In this document: in pieces, positions 23,638 to 33,257 of the stretch
Position numbering within the stretch: the stretch's first letter is position 1
How the letters are laid out: each line of letters starts with the position of its first letter
NCBI GenBank assembly: GCA_014191855.1
Contig: BJHF01000017.1
Location: forward strand, 5,255-69,254
Reading direction: 5' to 3'
Length of the DNA: 64,000 nucleotides
Source: Deltaproteobacteria bacterium
GTDB taxonomy: Bacteria; Myxococcota_A; UBA796; SXON01
Made by a program: the position numbers and the translations under genes
Notes under the pieces: generated by a model
What the model was told of the DNA's origin: nothing
Database searches by the model: none
Seen by the model: only the letters and a program-made list of their open reading frames with translations

Positions 23638-24932
23638 GTTGCTCGCACCTGAGCGTCGCGACCGCTGATCCAGGACCGCATGTAGTCCTGCGTGGACCAA
23701 ACGCTGCTCGTGCCGCACTCGCGGCGGGGATCGTCGGAGGCGTCGTCGTGGGTGAGCTCTGCCATCGCGTCGAAATAGGTGCGGAGCGCGTCGGGATCGA
23801 CACCGGCGAGCATGGTGTCCACCGCCGCCACCTGGGCCTCGCGGCAGCTTGCGTCGAGGAAACATCGTGAGGCCAGGGTGCCGAGCGGCCCTGTCCAACC
23901 CACACCCCAGCCGCCGTCGGACAAGAACCCGTAGTCGAAGTCGGTGGGCAGGTAGATCATCTTCCCGTCGGAAGGGCGGAAGTACACGCGGTAGTTGTTC
24001 TTGTTCATCTGGTAGCCGTCGAGGTGGCCGACCCACTGCTCAACCGCCCAGGAGGTGTGCCACTGGTTCCAGTCCACCAGCGGGTCCATGACCTCTACGA
24101 AGCCGCCGCCCCGCGGTGCGCCGTCGATGGCGTCGCTGATCGCGGCGATGTCGGCGTGGCCGACGTCCGTGCCTTCTTCGAGTCCGAACATGTCGTCCAC
24201 GCCGGAATCAAAATCGAGCAAGGTGTAGGAGCCGAAGTCCCAGTTGTAGATGTATTTCCCGTCGTAGAGGTTGCCTTCGTCGTCCCCCGGGAACCGGTCC
24301 TCGAGGAGCTGGGAGTCGGGCACCTCGATGATGACGTAGAGCCCGTACACCTCGTCGTTCACGCGCACCCGCGCGAAGCTGGTTCGGGACGCGGCGATGC
24401 CCGCTTCGCGGAACACTTTGTAGGCGAGCGGCTCACGGAGGTAGGAGCAGTCCACCACCTCGTTGTTGAGCGCCATCGAATGCAGGCCGTGGAACTTCTG
24501 GCCGGCCACGAATTGGCTCATGTCGATCTTGAACTTGGGCTTACCAGAGATCTCCCGGTAGGAGCCGATCTTCCCTCGCAGGCGGAGGCCTATGCCGGTG
24601 ATCGTTTCGCCATCCACCGTCACGTCGCCCATCACGTAGGTGTGCCCGTCGCGACGGATATCATGGTAGGCGTCGTCGCTCAGGGTGATGTCGATGTCGT
24701 GAATCATCGTGTCGACGAAGAACTCGTCTTGCCAGGCGGCGTTCGCGGCCGTGTCTTCGACCTCCTCGCCCGTGTCGGTGTCCTCGCTCGTGTCTCCAGG
24801 GAGGGCGTCGGTGCCGGTGTCCCCCTGCACCGCCGGCGCGTTGGAGTCCTCCTCTCCGCCACCCACGTTGATGGTCTGGGTGCCGTCGCACGCGATGATC
24901 AGCAGGGCGACGAGCGGGAGTGTGCGGTACAT
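23625..24932 (-). CDS. CotH-family (atypical kinase) lipoprotein
   Basis: The start is likely ATG 24932 (MYRTLPLVALLIIAC). The body reads GIGLRLRGKIGSYREISGKPKFKIDM...SMALNNEVVDCSYLREPLAYKVFREAG...VRVNDEVYGLYVIIEVPD...YLPTDFDYGF. Confidence 0.8.
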   Translation of the reverse strand: MYRTLPLVALLIIACDGTQTINVGGGEEDSNAPAVQGDTGTDALPGDTSEDTDTGEEVEDTAANAAWQDEFFVDTMIHDIDITLSDDAYHDIRRDGHTYVMGDVTVDGETITGIGLRLRGKIGSYREISGKPKFKIDMSQFVAGQKFHGLHSMALNNEVVDCSYLREPLAYKVFREAGIAASRTSFARVRVNDEVYGLYVIIEVPDSQLLEDRFPGDDEGNLYDGKYIYNWDFGSYTLLDFDSGVDDMFGLEEGTDVGHADIAAISDAIDGAPRGGGFVEVMDPLVDWNQWHTSWAVEQWVGHLDGYQMNKNNYRVYFRPSDGKMIYLPTDFDYGFLSDGGWGVGWTGPLGTLASRCFLDASCREAQVAAVDTMLAGVDPDALRTYFDAMAELTHDDASDDPRRECGTSSVWSTQDYMRSWISGRDAQVRATWGL

Positions 24933-25000
24933 CGCCGCGAGCTTACCCGAAGCCGCGGCGGTTCGCACGGGCGCGCTCGCAGGGAGTTAACCGCGCCGCC

Positions 25001-26035
25001 ATGTCCCAGAACGCGACGATCTTCGGTCTCCTCGGTTTCGCGGTGGTCCTCGGAGGCCTCGGTGCCTACGGGGGATACACGGTTGGCTACAACCAGGCTT
25101 CGCTTGAGGCGAAAGTGGAGCTTGCGGCGAAGGATACGCAGATCGCCGCCGCCGCGGCCGCCCCGGCGCCCCGCTCCAAGGGCGAGGACGGCGGGGGGGG
25201 GGAGAAGAAGGAAAAGCCTGCCTTTGAGCCCACGACGTATACGGCAGAGGAGCTCGCAGCCCTGGTGCCCGAGATGGCGGGGCTCTCAGGGGAAGCCGCG
25301 ACGAAGGCCACGTACGCGCTCAACAACATCGTCGGGAGCTGCGTGCCCTGCCTGGACCAGCAGTACAGCATGGGCAAGTGCCTGGAGCGGGCGCCGAAGC
25401 TGCTGGACAAAAGCATGTGCGCCAACATGCCCACGTTGGCCAAACGGGTCGTGCGCCTCGCGAAGCAGGCGAAGTCGCCCGACGAGCTGCGTACCGCCGC
25501 GGAATTCACGCAGCCGTGGATCCCGCTGGATCCGGGGAAGTCCCCATCCCTCGGGCGAGTGGATGCGCCGATCACCATCGTCGAGTACAGCGACTACCAG
25601 TGCCCCTACTGCAAGAAGGCGCAGCCGAACATCAAAGCGGTCGAGGCGAAGTACGGAGACAAGGTGCGGGTGGTGTTCATGAACCAGCCGCTCGCGATGC
25701 ACAAGATGGCGCGCCCCGCGGCGCTCGCGGCGATGGCGGCCGACAAGCAGGGGAAGTTCTGGGAGTACCACGACGCACTCTTTGCCTCGGAGGGGCTCGA
25801 CGAAGCCCGCCTCGGCGCGATCGCAAAGGAAATTGGGTTGAACGTGGCTAAGTGGGAGACGGATCGGAAGTCCACGGAGGTGGACGCGGCCGTGGCGGCC
25901 GACGTGGCCCGGGCCGAGAAGTACAAGATCACGTCGACTCCGACCTTCTTCGTCAACGGCTACAAGGTGAAGGGCGCACAGCCGCCGGACGTGTTCGCGC
26001 GCATCATCGACGCCGAGCTGGCCGATCGTGAGTGA
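25001..26035 (+). CDS. DsbA-family thiol:disulfide oxidoreductase (membrane-anchored)
   Basis: ATG 25001 (MSQNATIFGLLGFAVVLGGLGAY, a TM segment). The redox motif is ITIVEYSDYQCPYCKKAQP, followed by FWEYHDALF and ITSTPTFFVNG. Confidence 0.85.
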   Translation: MSQNATIFGLLGFAVVLGGLGAYGGYTVGYNQASLEAKVELAAKDTQIAAAAAAPAPRSKGEDGGGGEKKEKPAFEPTTYTAEELAALVPEMAGLSGEAATKATYALNNIVGSCVPCLDQQYSMGKCLERAPKLLDKSMCANMPTLAKRVVRLAKQAKSPDELRTAAEFTQPWIPLDPGKSPSLGRVDAPITIVEYSDYQCPYCKKAQPNIKAVEAKYGDKVRVVFMNQPLAMHKMARPAALAAMAADKQGKFWEYHDALFASEGLDEARLGAIAKEIGLNVAKWETDRKSTEVDAAVAADVARAEKYKITSTPTFFVNGYKVKGAQPPDVFARIIDAELADRE

Positions 26036-27290
26036 GCCCGCGGTGGTGGCGGTCAAGCGCGCGCCGCGCCGGCCCGCGCGCCCGAACACCCGGTCGCGCG
26101 CCAACCCCGGCCGCGTGGCCGCCGCCCGCGCGCTCTTGGCGGTAGACGACGAGGGCCGCAACGTTGAGGAGGCGCTCGCCGAGTTCGTGCCGGGCGATCC
26201 TGCAGATCGTGCGCTCGCGTGGAACCTCGCTCTCGGGGTGCTTCGCCACCGCGCCGCGCTCGACGAAGCGATCACCACCGCGGCGCGCCGCGCCGTGTGG
26301 ACGCTGGATCCGCCTGTCCTCTCGGCGCTCCGGGCGGGGCTTTACGAGCTCGCGTTCACCCGTACGCCGCCCCACGCCGCGGTGGATCAGGGTGTGGAGC
26401 TCGCGCGGGCCCTCGGCGCCGCGCACGCCGCCGGGTTCGTGAACGCGATCCTGCGGCGCGGCGTGGTTCCGCTTGAAGGCGATGTCTCCCTGGGCTTTCC
26501 CGCGTGGATGATCGCCCGGTGGCGGTCCCGGCTGGGCTCCCCGCGCGCTGATTCGTACATGCGCGCTTGCGCCGAGCCGGCTGCGGTGCACCTCGTGGTG
26601 AAAGAAGATCCGGCGGGGGTCGCAGCGAGTTTTCAGAAAGCGGGGATCGTGCTGGTGCCGGCAGGTGAGGGGGTGTTTCGGCTCCCGGCGCGCTCGGGGC
26701 GCGTCGACGAGCTGCCCGGCTTCGCCGAGGGACGTTGGTGGATCATGGATCCGGCCGCCGTCGCCGTCGCAGACCTCGTGCCAAACGTGGCGGAGGTGCT
26801 CGACGTGTGCGCTGCGCCTGGTGGAAAAAGCCTGCGACTCGCGGCGAGGGGCATGAGGGTGACGGCAACCGACCTTGACGCCGAGCGGCTGGCGCGGATC
26901 GCGGAAAACGCGGCGCGAGTGGGCCTTTCGGTCCCCTCCAACGTCCACGACTGGAGCGCGGCTCCCATGGCGGGTGCGTGGCCGGCGGTGCTGGTGGATG
27001 CACCCTGCACCGCGCTCGGACTCGTACGTCGGCACCCGGAGATCCGCTGGCGCCGCACCGAGGCGGACGTTGCGATCGCCGCCGCGCGACAGGCGAAGAT
27101 CCTGAGCAACGCGGCGAGCTGCGTGGCGCCGGGTGGCGCCCTGATCTATGCCGTTTGCTCTCCTGAGCCGGAAGAGGGGCCGATGATCGCGGCGAAGCTC
27201 GGCTGGCCGGTCGAGGCCACCTACAGCAATGAGGGCAACCCCGAAGGGGCGGATGTGTTCTGGGGCTGCCGGATGCGGAGGCCCGCGTGA
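26028..27290 (+). CDS. rsmB: 16S rRNA (cytosine967-C5)-methyltransferase
   Basis: NusB-like N-terminus (AARALLAVDDEG...ALGVLRHRAALD...FVNAILRR). The methyltransferase core reads DVCAAPGGKS...VLVDAPCTALGLVRRHPEIRWRR. Confidence 0.85.
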   Translation: MSEPAVVAVKRAPRRPARPNTRSRANPGRVAAARALLAVDDEGRNVEEALAEFVPGDPADRALAWNLALGVLRHRAALDEAITTAARRAVWTLDPPVLSALRAGLYELAFTRTPPHAAVDQGVELARALGAAHAAGFVNAILRRGVVPLEGDVSLGFPAWMIARWRSRLGSPRADSYMRACAEPAAVHLVVKEDPAGVAASFQKAGIVLVPAGEGVFRLPARSGRVDELPGFAEGRWWIMDPAAVAVADLVPNVAEVLDVCAAPGGKSLRLAARGMRVTATDLDAERLARIAENAARVGLSVPSNVHDWSAAPMAGAWPAVLVDAPCTALGLVRRHPEIRWRRTEADVAIAAARQAKILSNAASCVAPGGALIYAVCSPEPEEGPMIAAKLGWPVEATYSNEGNPEGADVFWGCRMRRPA

Positions 27291-28084
27291 GGCGCTTGGG
27301 CCGCGGTGGCGAGCCCATGGCGCTCGGCCTGTCAGCCTGTGCGCTCGCTGCGTTCAACGTCGCGCTCGCGGCGGACAGTCCTGCCCCGGTGGAGGCCGAG
27401 CCGGTCGTCATCGCGATCGCCAATCTGAAGGCCGGCAACACCGAGGCGCGCGCGGCGGCCGAGGCGATCGCCGCGAAGCACCCGGATCTTGTGCTTCTGA
27501 CGGAGTGCAGTCGGGTGAGCCTCGCCGAGGCCACGTTCGCCTCCAATGGCTTGCAGCTCGTTCTTGACGGTAGGGACCCTTCTCCCTGGGGCATCTGCGT
27601 TGCTGCCCGGGTGGAAGGAGATGTTGCGCTGATCCCGGCCGCCTGGAAAGGGCCCTGCGTCGGCCCGATGGTGGTCGGCCGCTTTGAGCTGGGGCGCGGC
27701 CCCGTCGCGCTCATCGGAGTGCACCTCCCGCCGCGGGTGCCGAACTGCGAAGCCACGACGGACGCCGCGGTGGCTGCGCTCGCGGTTCTTGTTTCGAACG
27801 GGCGCCTGGTGGCGGATCTCGGGCCCGCCAAGGCAGGGGACGCGGTCATCCTCGCCGGGGACCTCAACTCGTACGACAAGAAGCTCGCGCCGCTTCGGGT
27901 GGCCGGCCTCGCCGACACCGGGGAGATCGAGGGGGTGAAGCTGACGACGTGGCAGGTCGGCCCGATCAAGCTGTGGCTCGATCACGTCCTCATCCCGAAG
28001 TCCTGGCCCGCCGAAGGCACGCGCGTCTTCGAGGTCCCGGGCTCCGATCACGCGGGGCTCGTCACCACGATCTCGCCGGAGTGA
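27287..28084 (+). CDS. Endonuclease/exonuclease/phosphatase (EEP) family protein, secreted
   Basis: The sequence reads VVIAIANLKAGN...PDLVLLTEC...IGVHLPP...ILAGDLNS...LDHVLIP...GSDHAGLV. GTGA overlap with rsmB. An alternative ATG at 27317 gives the signal peptide MALGLSACALAAF. Confidence 0.75.
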   Translation: MRRLGRGGEPMALGLSACALAAFNVALAADSPAPVEAEPVVIAIANLKAGNTEARAAAEAIAAKHPDLVLLTECSRVSLAEATFASNGLQLVLDGRDPSPWGICVAARVEGDVALIPAAWKGPCVGPMVVGRFELGRGPVALIGVHLPPRVPNCEATTDAAVAALAVLVSNGRLVADLGPAKAGDAVILAGDLNSYDKKLAPLRVAGLADTGEIEGVKLTTWQVGPIKLWLDHVLIPKSWPAEGTRVFEVPGSDHAGLVTTISPE

Positions 28085-28111
28085 GGCGCCGGGGATGCGC
28101 TATGATGGCGC

Positions 28112-29080
28112 ATGCTCCTCCTGATCGCGTGCGTGGGCGTTGGCACCACCGTGGTGGGAAGCGGCGGTGATACGGGCGTTGGCGCGGATTCGGGCACCCT
28201 CGACTCCACCCTCGATACGGCGGACACGGCGGACACCGCGGAGACGGGCGATACCGGCCTTCCGCCTCCGTGTACGGCCTGGGGTGATCCCGTGCAAACG
28301 GGGCTGGTGGAGGACGTCGAGCTGAATGAGATCTCCGGCGTCATTCCCTCGCTCCTCAACCCAGGAGCGCTGTGGGTTGTCGAGGACCACGGGAACGAAG
28401 CGGCGGTGTATGCGCTGGATGAGCTGGGTGTGTTGCTCGCGACGGTAACGATCGAGGGTGTTGAGAACGAGGACATGGAAGATCTGGACCTCGTGCCGTG
28501 CGGGGAGGCGACGTGCATCGTGGTGGCCGATGTCGGAAACAACGGGAAGGACCGGGACGATCTCGCGCTGGTGGTGTTCGAGGAGCCGAAGCTCGACGGC
28601 GTTACCCTAAGTTTCAGCGTCGTTGCCGATCGGTACCGATTCACGTTTCCCGGTGTTGAGGATAGTGAATCCCTCACTCACACGAACGACGGGCGGTTCG
28701 TCATCGCGACGAAGCGCACGGACAAGACCACGGGCGTGTACACCATCCCTGCGTTCACGGATGACGCGGTTGCGAGCCTGATCGGCGAGTTGGTCACGGC
28801 CGATGAAGATGACGAGGGCGCCGGTGGGCTCGTGACCAGCGCGTCCATGTGGCCGGATCAATCCAGGCTTCTCCTGCGTACCTACCAGTACGCCCGCGAG
28901 TGGACCTTGCCCGACGGCGTCGATACCATCGGCACCGCCACGTACACGGACATCGAGGCGCCGGTGATGCCCCACGTCGAGGCCGTCGGGTACGACACGG
29001 TGCGGCTGGGGTACTGGACCATCCCCGAAGCGCCGCTGGACGCGACGTCGCCCGTATGGTGGGTGCCGTGTACGATGTGA
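28112..29080 (+). CDS. Hypothetical lipoprotein (beta-propeller-like)
   Basis: Lipobox LLIAC followed by an acidic TADTADTAETGDTG linker. The body reads NEISGVIPS...LWVVEDHGNEAAVYALD...VADVGNNG. Confidence 0.65.
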   Translation: MLLLIACVGVGTTVVGSGGDTGVGADSGTLDSTLDTADTADTAETGDTGLPPPCTAWGDPVQTGLVEDVELNEISGVIPSLLNPGALWVVEDHGNEAAVYALDELGVLLATVTIEGVENEDMEDLDLVPCGEATCIVVADVGNNGKDRDDLALVVFEEPKLDGVTLSFSVVADRYRFTFPGVEDSESLTHTNDGRFVIATKRTDKTTGVYTIPAFTDDAVASLIGELVTADEDDEGAGGLVTSASMWPDQSRLLLRTYQYAREWTLPDGVDTIGTATYTDIEAPVMPHVEAVGYDTVRLGYWTIPEAPLDATSPVWWVPCTM

Positions 29081-29218
29081 AAAGTGTGCTGCCGGCGCGT
29101 GAGGGTTGCCCGACTCGCACCTCGATCGGTTAGCAGGCGGGACTATGCGGCTGTCGGCCCCCGCTTGACAGCGCCGCCACGGTTTTCTACAAAGGCGTCT
29201 CTCCCCGGAGCTCCCCGA

Positions 29219-30337
29219 ATGGACAAGGCTGAACTGCTCGGCAACCTCAACGGTCTGGTCGACAAGTACGAACAGCACCGTAAATACATCGAGAAGGCTC
29301 GGGCGCAGGCGGCCAAGTTCTCTTCGGGCGTCATCGAGAAAGTCATCCTCGATCACGAGATCAAGTCCACGGACGTTGCGGAGGGTGTAGGCCCGTTGTT
29401 GCCGCAGATCCGCACCTTGGTCGCAGAATTGGATGCGGACAAGGCCAAGATCGGCGCCTCCAAGGGCACCGTCGATGAGCAGATCCAGGAGCTGGAGCTG
29501 CGGCAGGCCATCGGCGAGCTTGAGGATGCCGACTTTGAGAGTCAGGTGGGCGAGCTGCGCAGCAACGCCTCCTCCGCAAATGAGCGGATTGCGGCGATCG
29601 ATGCGGATCTTGGCGAGCTGAACGCCGCGTTGGAGCGCTGGATCGCCCTTGCGGAGCCCGCGGGCCACTACACTGCGCCGTCCGCTCCCGCTGCCGTCCC
29701 CGCCCCGCTGCCTCCCCCGGTCACGGAGGATGGCGAGGCCTACAGCGGTCGTGTCGAGCTCAAAGAAGACATGAGCTCGGTGTTTGTCGATGCTTCCGAG
29801 GGCCCCGCTACCGTTCGCGTGAGCGACGCGGGGGACGATGTGGCGATCGAAGCCGGGGAGGTCGGTGAGGACTCCGGCGACATCGTGAGCGCCGAGGTGC
29901 AGTTCTCGGCCGGCTTGGGTGATGGGCCGGTGATTGGCGAGGTGGAGATTGAGATTGGGGGAGACGAGCCGAAGAGCAGCGGTGCTGCGATCGAGCTCTC
30001 TGAGCCCGCGCCGATCCCCGCGTCGGATGATGGCACCCAGCGGCGCGCGTTGCTCATCTACCAGGAGAGCACGGCCGAAGAGCAGATCTACCCGTTCACC
30101 AACGACCAGCTCACCATCGGGCGCGGCCGTGAGAACGACATCCAGATCAAGAACGACAGCAAGGTGAGCCGGTACCACTGCAAGCTGTTCCGCCGCGGCA
30201 ACAACTTCTACGTTGAGGACATCAAGTCCAGCAACGGCACGTTGGTGAACGGCGAGCTGATCACCGATCGGCGGCTGTTCGGCGGCGAAGAGATCGTGGT
30301 CGGGGAGACCTACTTCCGCTTCCGGATCATGGAATGA
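29219..30337 (+). CDS. FHA-domain protein with N-terminal coiled coil
   Basis: ATG 29219 (MDKAELLGNLNGLVDKYEQH). The C-terminal FHA domain reads LTIGRGRENDIQIKNDSKVSRYHCKLFRRGNNFYVEDIKSSNGTLVNGE. Confidence 0.85.
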   Translation: MDKAELLGNLNGLVDKYEQHRKYIEKARAQAAKFSSGVIEKVILDHEIKSTDVAEGVGPLLPQIRTLVAELDADKAKIGASKGTVDEQIQELELRQAIGELEDADFESQVGELRSNASSANERIAAIDADLGELNAALERWIALAEPAGHYTAPSAPAAVPAPLPPPVTEDGEAYSGRVELKEDMSSVFVDASEGPATVRVSDAGDDVAIEAGEVGEDSGDIVSAEVQFSAGLGDGPVIGEVEIEIGGDEPKSSGAAIELSEPAPIPASDDGTQRRALLIYQESTAEEQIYPFTNDQLTIGRGRENDIQIKNDSKVSRYHCKLFRRGNNFYVEDIKSSNGTLVNGELITDRRLFGGEEIVVGETYFRFRIME

Positions 30338-30357
30338 CCGGCCTTCGCGCCGCGTGA

Positions 30358-32628
30358 ATGACGAAAAACCCTGCCGCGCTGGTCGTTGTCGACGACCCCG
30401 AGTTTCTGGCGAGAGCTGAACCCGGACTGCGTGAGCAGGGTTTTGTCGTCCGTACGGCCACGACGGCGGAGGCCGCGAGGCGCGCGCTCGCGATCGGCGA
30501 CGTGGTGGCCATGGTCGTAGCGGCGGTGCTGCCGGATGACGACGGGCTCGCGTTCGCGCAGGAGCTTCGCGGCCTCGCGCCCGAGTTGGTCACGATCCTG
30601 CTCGCCTCGGGGAGCGCGCCACATGGCGACCCGCTCGCGGCAGGTTTCGACGATGTTGTGGGCCGAGAGCACGGCGCGGCGGAGCTCGGCTGGCGTGTAC
30701 GGCTCCGTGTGGCCGAGGCGCGGCGCGGCGGGGCGCTGCGTCACCGGGAACGGTTCCTTCGCGGCGTGGTGAGGCTGGCCGATCTGATCAATCCGCACAC
30801 CGAGCTGTCTTCGCTGGCTTCGGTGCTCGCGCCGGCGTTGGTGGGGCTCCCGGGGGTAGAGGGCGCACGGATCGAGCTCGACCCGGACACGCTTGGCGAG
30901 GCGACGTCGGTGGTTTTGGAGGCGGGGCGCGTGCCAGCAACTTCACAGCCTGAACCTGGGTATGCTGTGAGCGACGTGCCGCTCCGGGGCGCCGGTGGTG
31001 GTCGTGTTCAGCTCGTGCATCGTGCGGATCAGCAGGTGGATGTCGAAGTGCGGGAGGCCTTGGGCGCGATCCTGGGCTCGGCGATCTCGGGTGCGAGGCA
31101 GTTTGATGCATCCAAGCAGCGCCAGCTCCGCCTCGAGCGTGGCTACGTCGACCGCCACCGAAAGCTCTCGCGCGTGAGCAACCGGCTGGAGCGGCTCTCC
31201 GAAGCGCGCGATAGCTTCCTGGCGTTATTGAGTCACGACTTGCGCAGTCCGCTGGCGGTCGTGCTCGGGCAGGTGCAGCTCCTCGAAGAAGGCTTGATCG
31301 CGCCGCCACAGATCCCAAGGGTGGCGGCCACGGTGCGGCGCCAGTCGGAGCGGATGGTGCAGATGGTGGAGGACTTGCTCGATCGATACCGCCACGACGA
31401 CGCGGTGCGCAGCGTTCCCGAGAGCGGGGATGCCATGCGGATCGTGGCCGAGATGGCGGAGAACTTGCGTCCACTGGCCTCTGCTCGTCGTCAGTCGCTC
31501 GTCGTGAACGGACCCGCCGCGGCGCCGATTGAGGCGGAGATTGGCGCCATCCGCGAGGTCTTGGCGAACCTCCTGGAGAACGCCGTGCGCTACTCCCCCG
31601 AGGGCTCCGCCATCACGGTGGAGGTGGCGACGAGCGACACCTCGGTGACCATCTCGATCCTTGACCAGGGAGCGGGTTTCGCTACCCGGCCGACGCCCGG
31701 CGGGAGCGGCGCGAAAATCGGCCTTCAGGCCAGCGCTCGGATCCTGGCCGACGCAGGCGGGGCGCTGCGGACGAGCAGCGCGCCGGCCGGTGGGGGTCTC
31801 GCGGTCGTGACGCTGCCGCTCGCGATGCCCCAAGCTGCGGCGAGCGCCATCGAACTCTACTGCGCCGATGAGCGCCTCGCTTCGCAGGTGGTGGGCCTGC
31901 TCGCAAAACACTGGGAGGTGAGGGGGTTCAAGACGATCGGTGGCGCCGTGGACCGGATGCGTCGCCAGCCCCCGGCAGTCGTCGTGATCGATGCGGCGGT
32001 CGATCCAGAGGGGATTGCGTTCGTACGCCGGCTCAAGTCGGATGCGGAGTTGGCGGCCGTTCCGGTGCTGGCGATCGGGGAGGACTCCACCCCGTTGTAC
32101 GATGCCGGTGCGCTCGCGGTGCTTCGGCGCCCTGTCGATCCGGTGCTGCTGCTCGGACACGTGCGGCGGGCATTGAGGCTTTTGGGGGAGGCGCCCGAGC
32201 CCGGAGAGGGCCCGCCGGACATGCTGACCGGGCTGCCCACTGCGCGAATGCTGTTGTCGCGACTTGACGCCGCACTCACGGACGCGCGGGCGGCGGGCAA
32301 GGTGCTCCCGGTGGTGCTCGTGCGGGTGGACGATCTCCGGTTGATCAACCGGCGGCATGGCTGGTTGGTGGGCGATCAGCTCTTGATCTGGCTGGCCGCT
32401 CAGCTTCGGGAGCGCACCCGCCCCGGGGAGCTCGCCGCGCGGGTGGATGCCGAGAGTTTCGTTTTGGCGTTGCCCGGACGATCTGTGCAGGAGGCCACCA
32501 CCCTGGCCGCGGAGATCGGCGCGGCGATCGGCCGGTCGCGACCCCGCCTGGGTGTTGCGCGCGTCGATGTTCGGGTTAGCGCGCAGGCGCTCGACTTGAC
32601 CACACTCGCGATTGGGGAGGATACTTAG
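30358..32628 (+). CDS. Hybrid sensor: receiver - histidine kinase (HisKA+HATPase) - receiver-like - degenerate GGDEF domain
   Basis: REC domain LVVVDDPEF. H-box FLALLSHDLRSPLAVV. HATPase region EVLANLLENAVRYSP...ILDQGAGF. The C-terminal DMLTGLPTAR...LLIWLAAQL...ARVDAESFVLALPG is GGDEF-like, with the signature replaced by DAESF. Confidence 0.85.
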   Translation: MTKNPAALVVVDDPEFLARAEPGLREQGFVVRTATTAEAARRALAIGDVVAMVVAAVLPDDDGLAFAQELRGLAPELVTILLASGSAPHGDPLAAGFDDVVGREHGAAELGWRVRLRVAEARRGGALRHRERFLRGVVRLADLINPHTELSSLASVLAPALVGLPGVEGARIELDPDTLGEATSVVLEAGRVPATSQPEPGYAVSDVPLRGAGGGRVQLVHRADQQVDVEVREALGAILGSAISGARQFDASKQRQLRLERGYVDRHRKLSRVSNRLERLSEARDSFLALLSHDLRSPLAVVLGQVQLLEEGLIAPPQIPRVAATVRRQSERMVQMVEDLLDRYRHDDAVRSVPESGDAMRIVAEMAENLRPLASARRQSLVVNGPAAAPIEAEIGAIREVLANLLENAVRYSPEGSAITVEVATSDTSVTISILDQGAGFATRPTPGGSGAKIGLQASARILADAGGALRTSSAPAGGGLAVVTLPLAMPQAAASAIELYCADERLASQVVGLLAKHWEVRGFKTIGGAVDRMRRQPPAVVVIDAAVDPEGIAFVRRLKSDAELAAVPVLAIGEDSTPLYDAGALAVLRRPVDPVLLLGHVRRALRLLGEAPEPGEGPPDMLTGLPTARMLLSRLDAALTDARAAGKVLPVVLVRVDDLRLINRRHGWLVGDQLLIWLAAQLRERTRPGELAARVDAESFVLALPGRSVQEATTLAAEIGAAIGRSRPRLGVARVDVRVSAQALDLTTLAIGEDT

Positions 32629-32633
32629 TTCCG

Positions 32634-33257
32634 ATGGCGCGCCGAAGGCAACCGAGCGATGGTCCGACCTACTTCACGACTTTTCAGGTCGCGAAGTTCT
32701 TGGGTGTGTCGCCTCCCACAGTTGTAAACTGGGTGAACAGCGGCCTGTTGGTCGCCCACCGCACACCGGGCGGGCACCGTCGCCTGCGCTCGGGGGATGT
32801 GGTCGCCTTCGCTGGCGCCTACAACTACCCGGTGCCTCCCCAATTGTTGGACGGTGACGTTGAGCCCGTACCGGTCGCGCGAAGAGTGATGATTGTCGAC
32901 GATGAACGTGACTTTGCGCAGACAGTTGGCGATTACTTGCAGCTCAAGGGCGGCTTTGAAGTGGAGATGGTCGACAGCGGGTTCGCCGCAGGCCTCACCC
33001 TCGCCCGGTTCCGTCCGTCCGTCGTGTTGCTGGACCTGCTGATGCCCGACATGGATGGTTTCGATGTCCTGCGGATGATCCGCCAGGATCCCGAAATGCG
33101 TCGCATCCCGGTGATCGCGTGCACCGCCTATCGGGACTCGGCGATCGAGGAGCGCGCTCGGGTCGAGGGTTTCGACGGGTACATGGAGAAGCCGATCAAG
33201 TTCGAGCGGCTCCTTGAGTTGGTGGAGGAGGCGGTTCGCGGCGGCGTTCGGGCCTAG
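32634..33257 (+). CDS. Response regulator with N-terminal excisionase/MerR-type HTH
   Basis: HTH region YFTTFQVAKFLGVSPPTVVNWVNSGLLVAHRTPGGHRRL. REC domain VMIVDDERDF...VVLLDLLMPDMDGFDVL...PVIACTAY...GYMEKP. Confidence 0.85.
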   Translation: MARRRQPSDGPTYFTTFQVAKFLGVSPPTVVNWVNSGLLVAHRTPGGHRRLRSGDVVAFAGAYNYPVPPQLLDGDVEPVPVARRVMIVDDERDFAQTVGDYLQLKGGFEVEMVDSGFAAGLTLARFRPSVVLLDLLMPDMDGFDVLRMIRQDPEMRRIPVIACTAYRDSAIEERARVEGFDGYMEKPIKFERLLELVEEAVRGGVRA

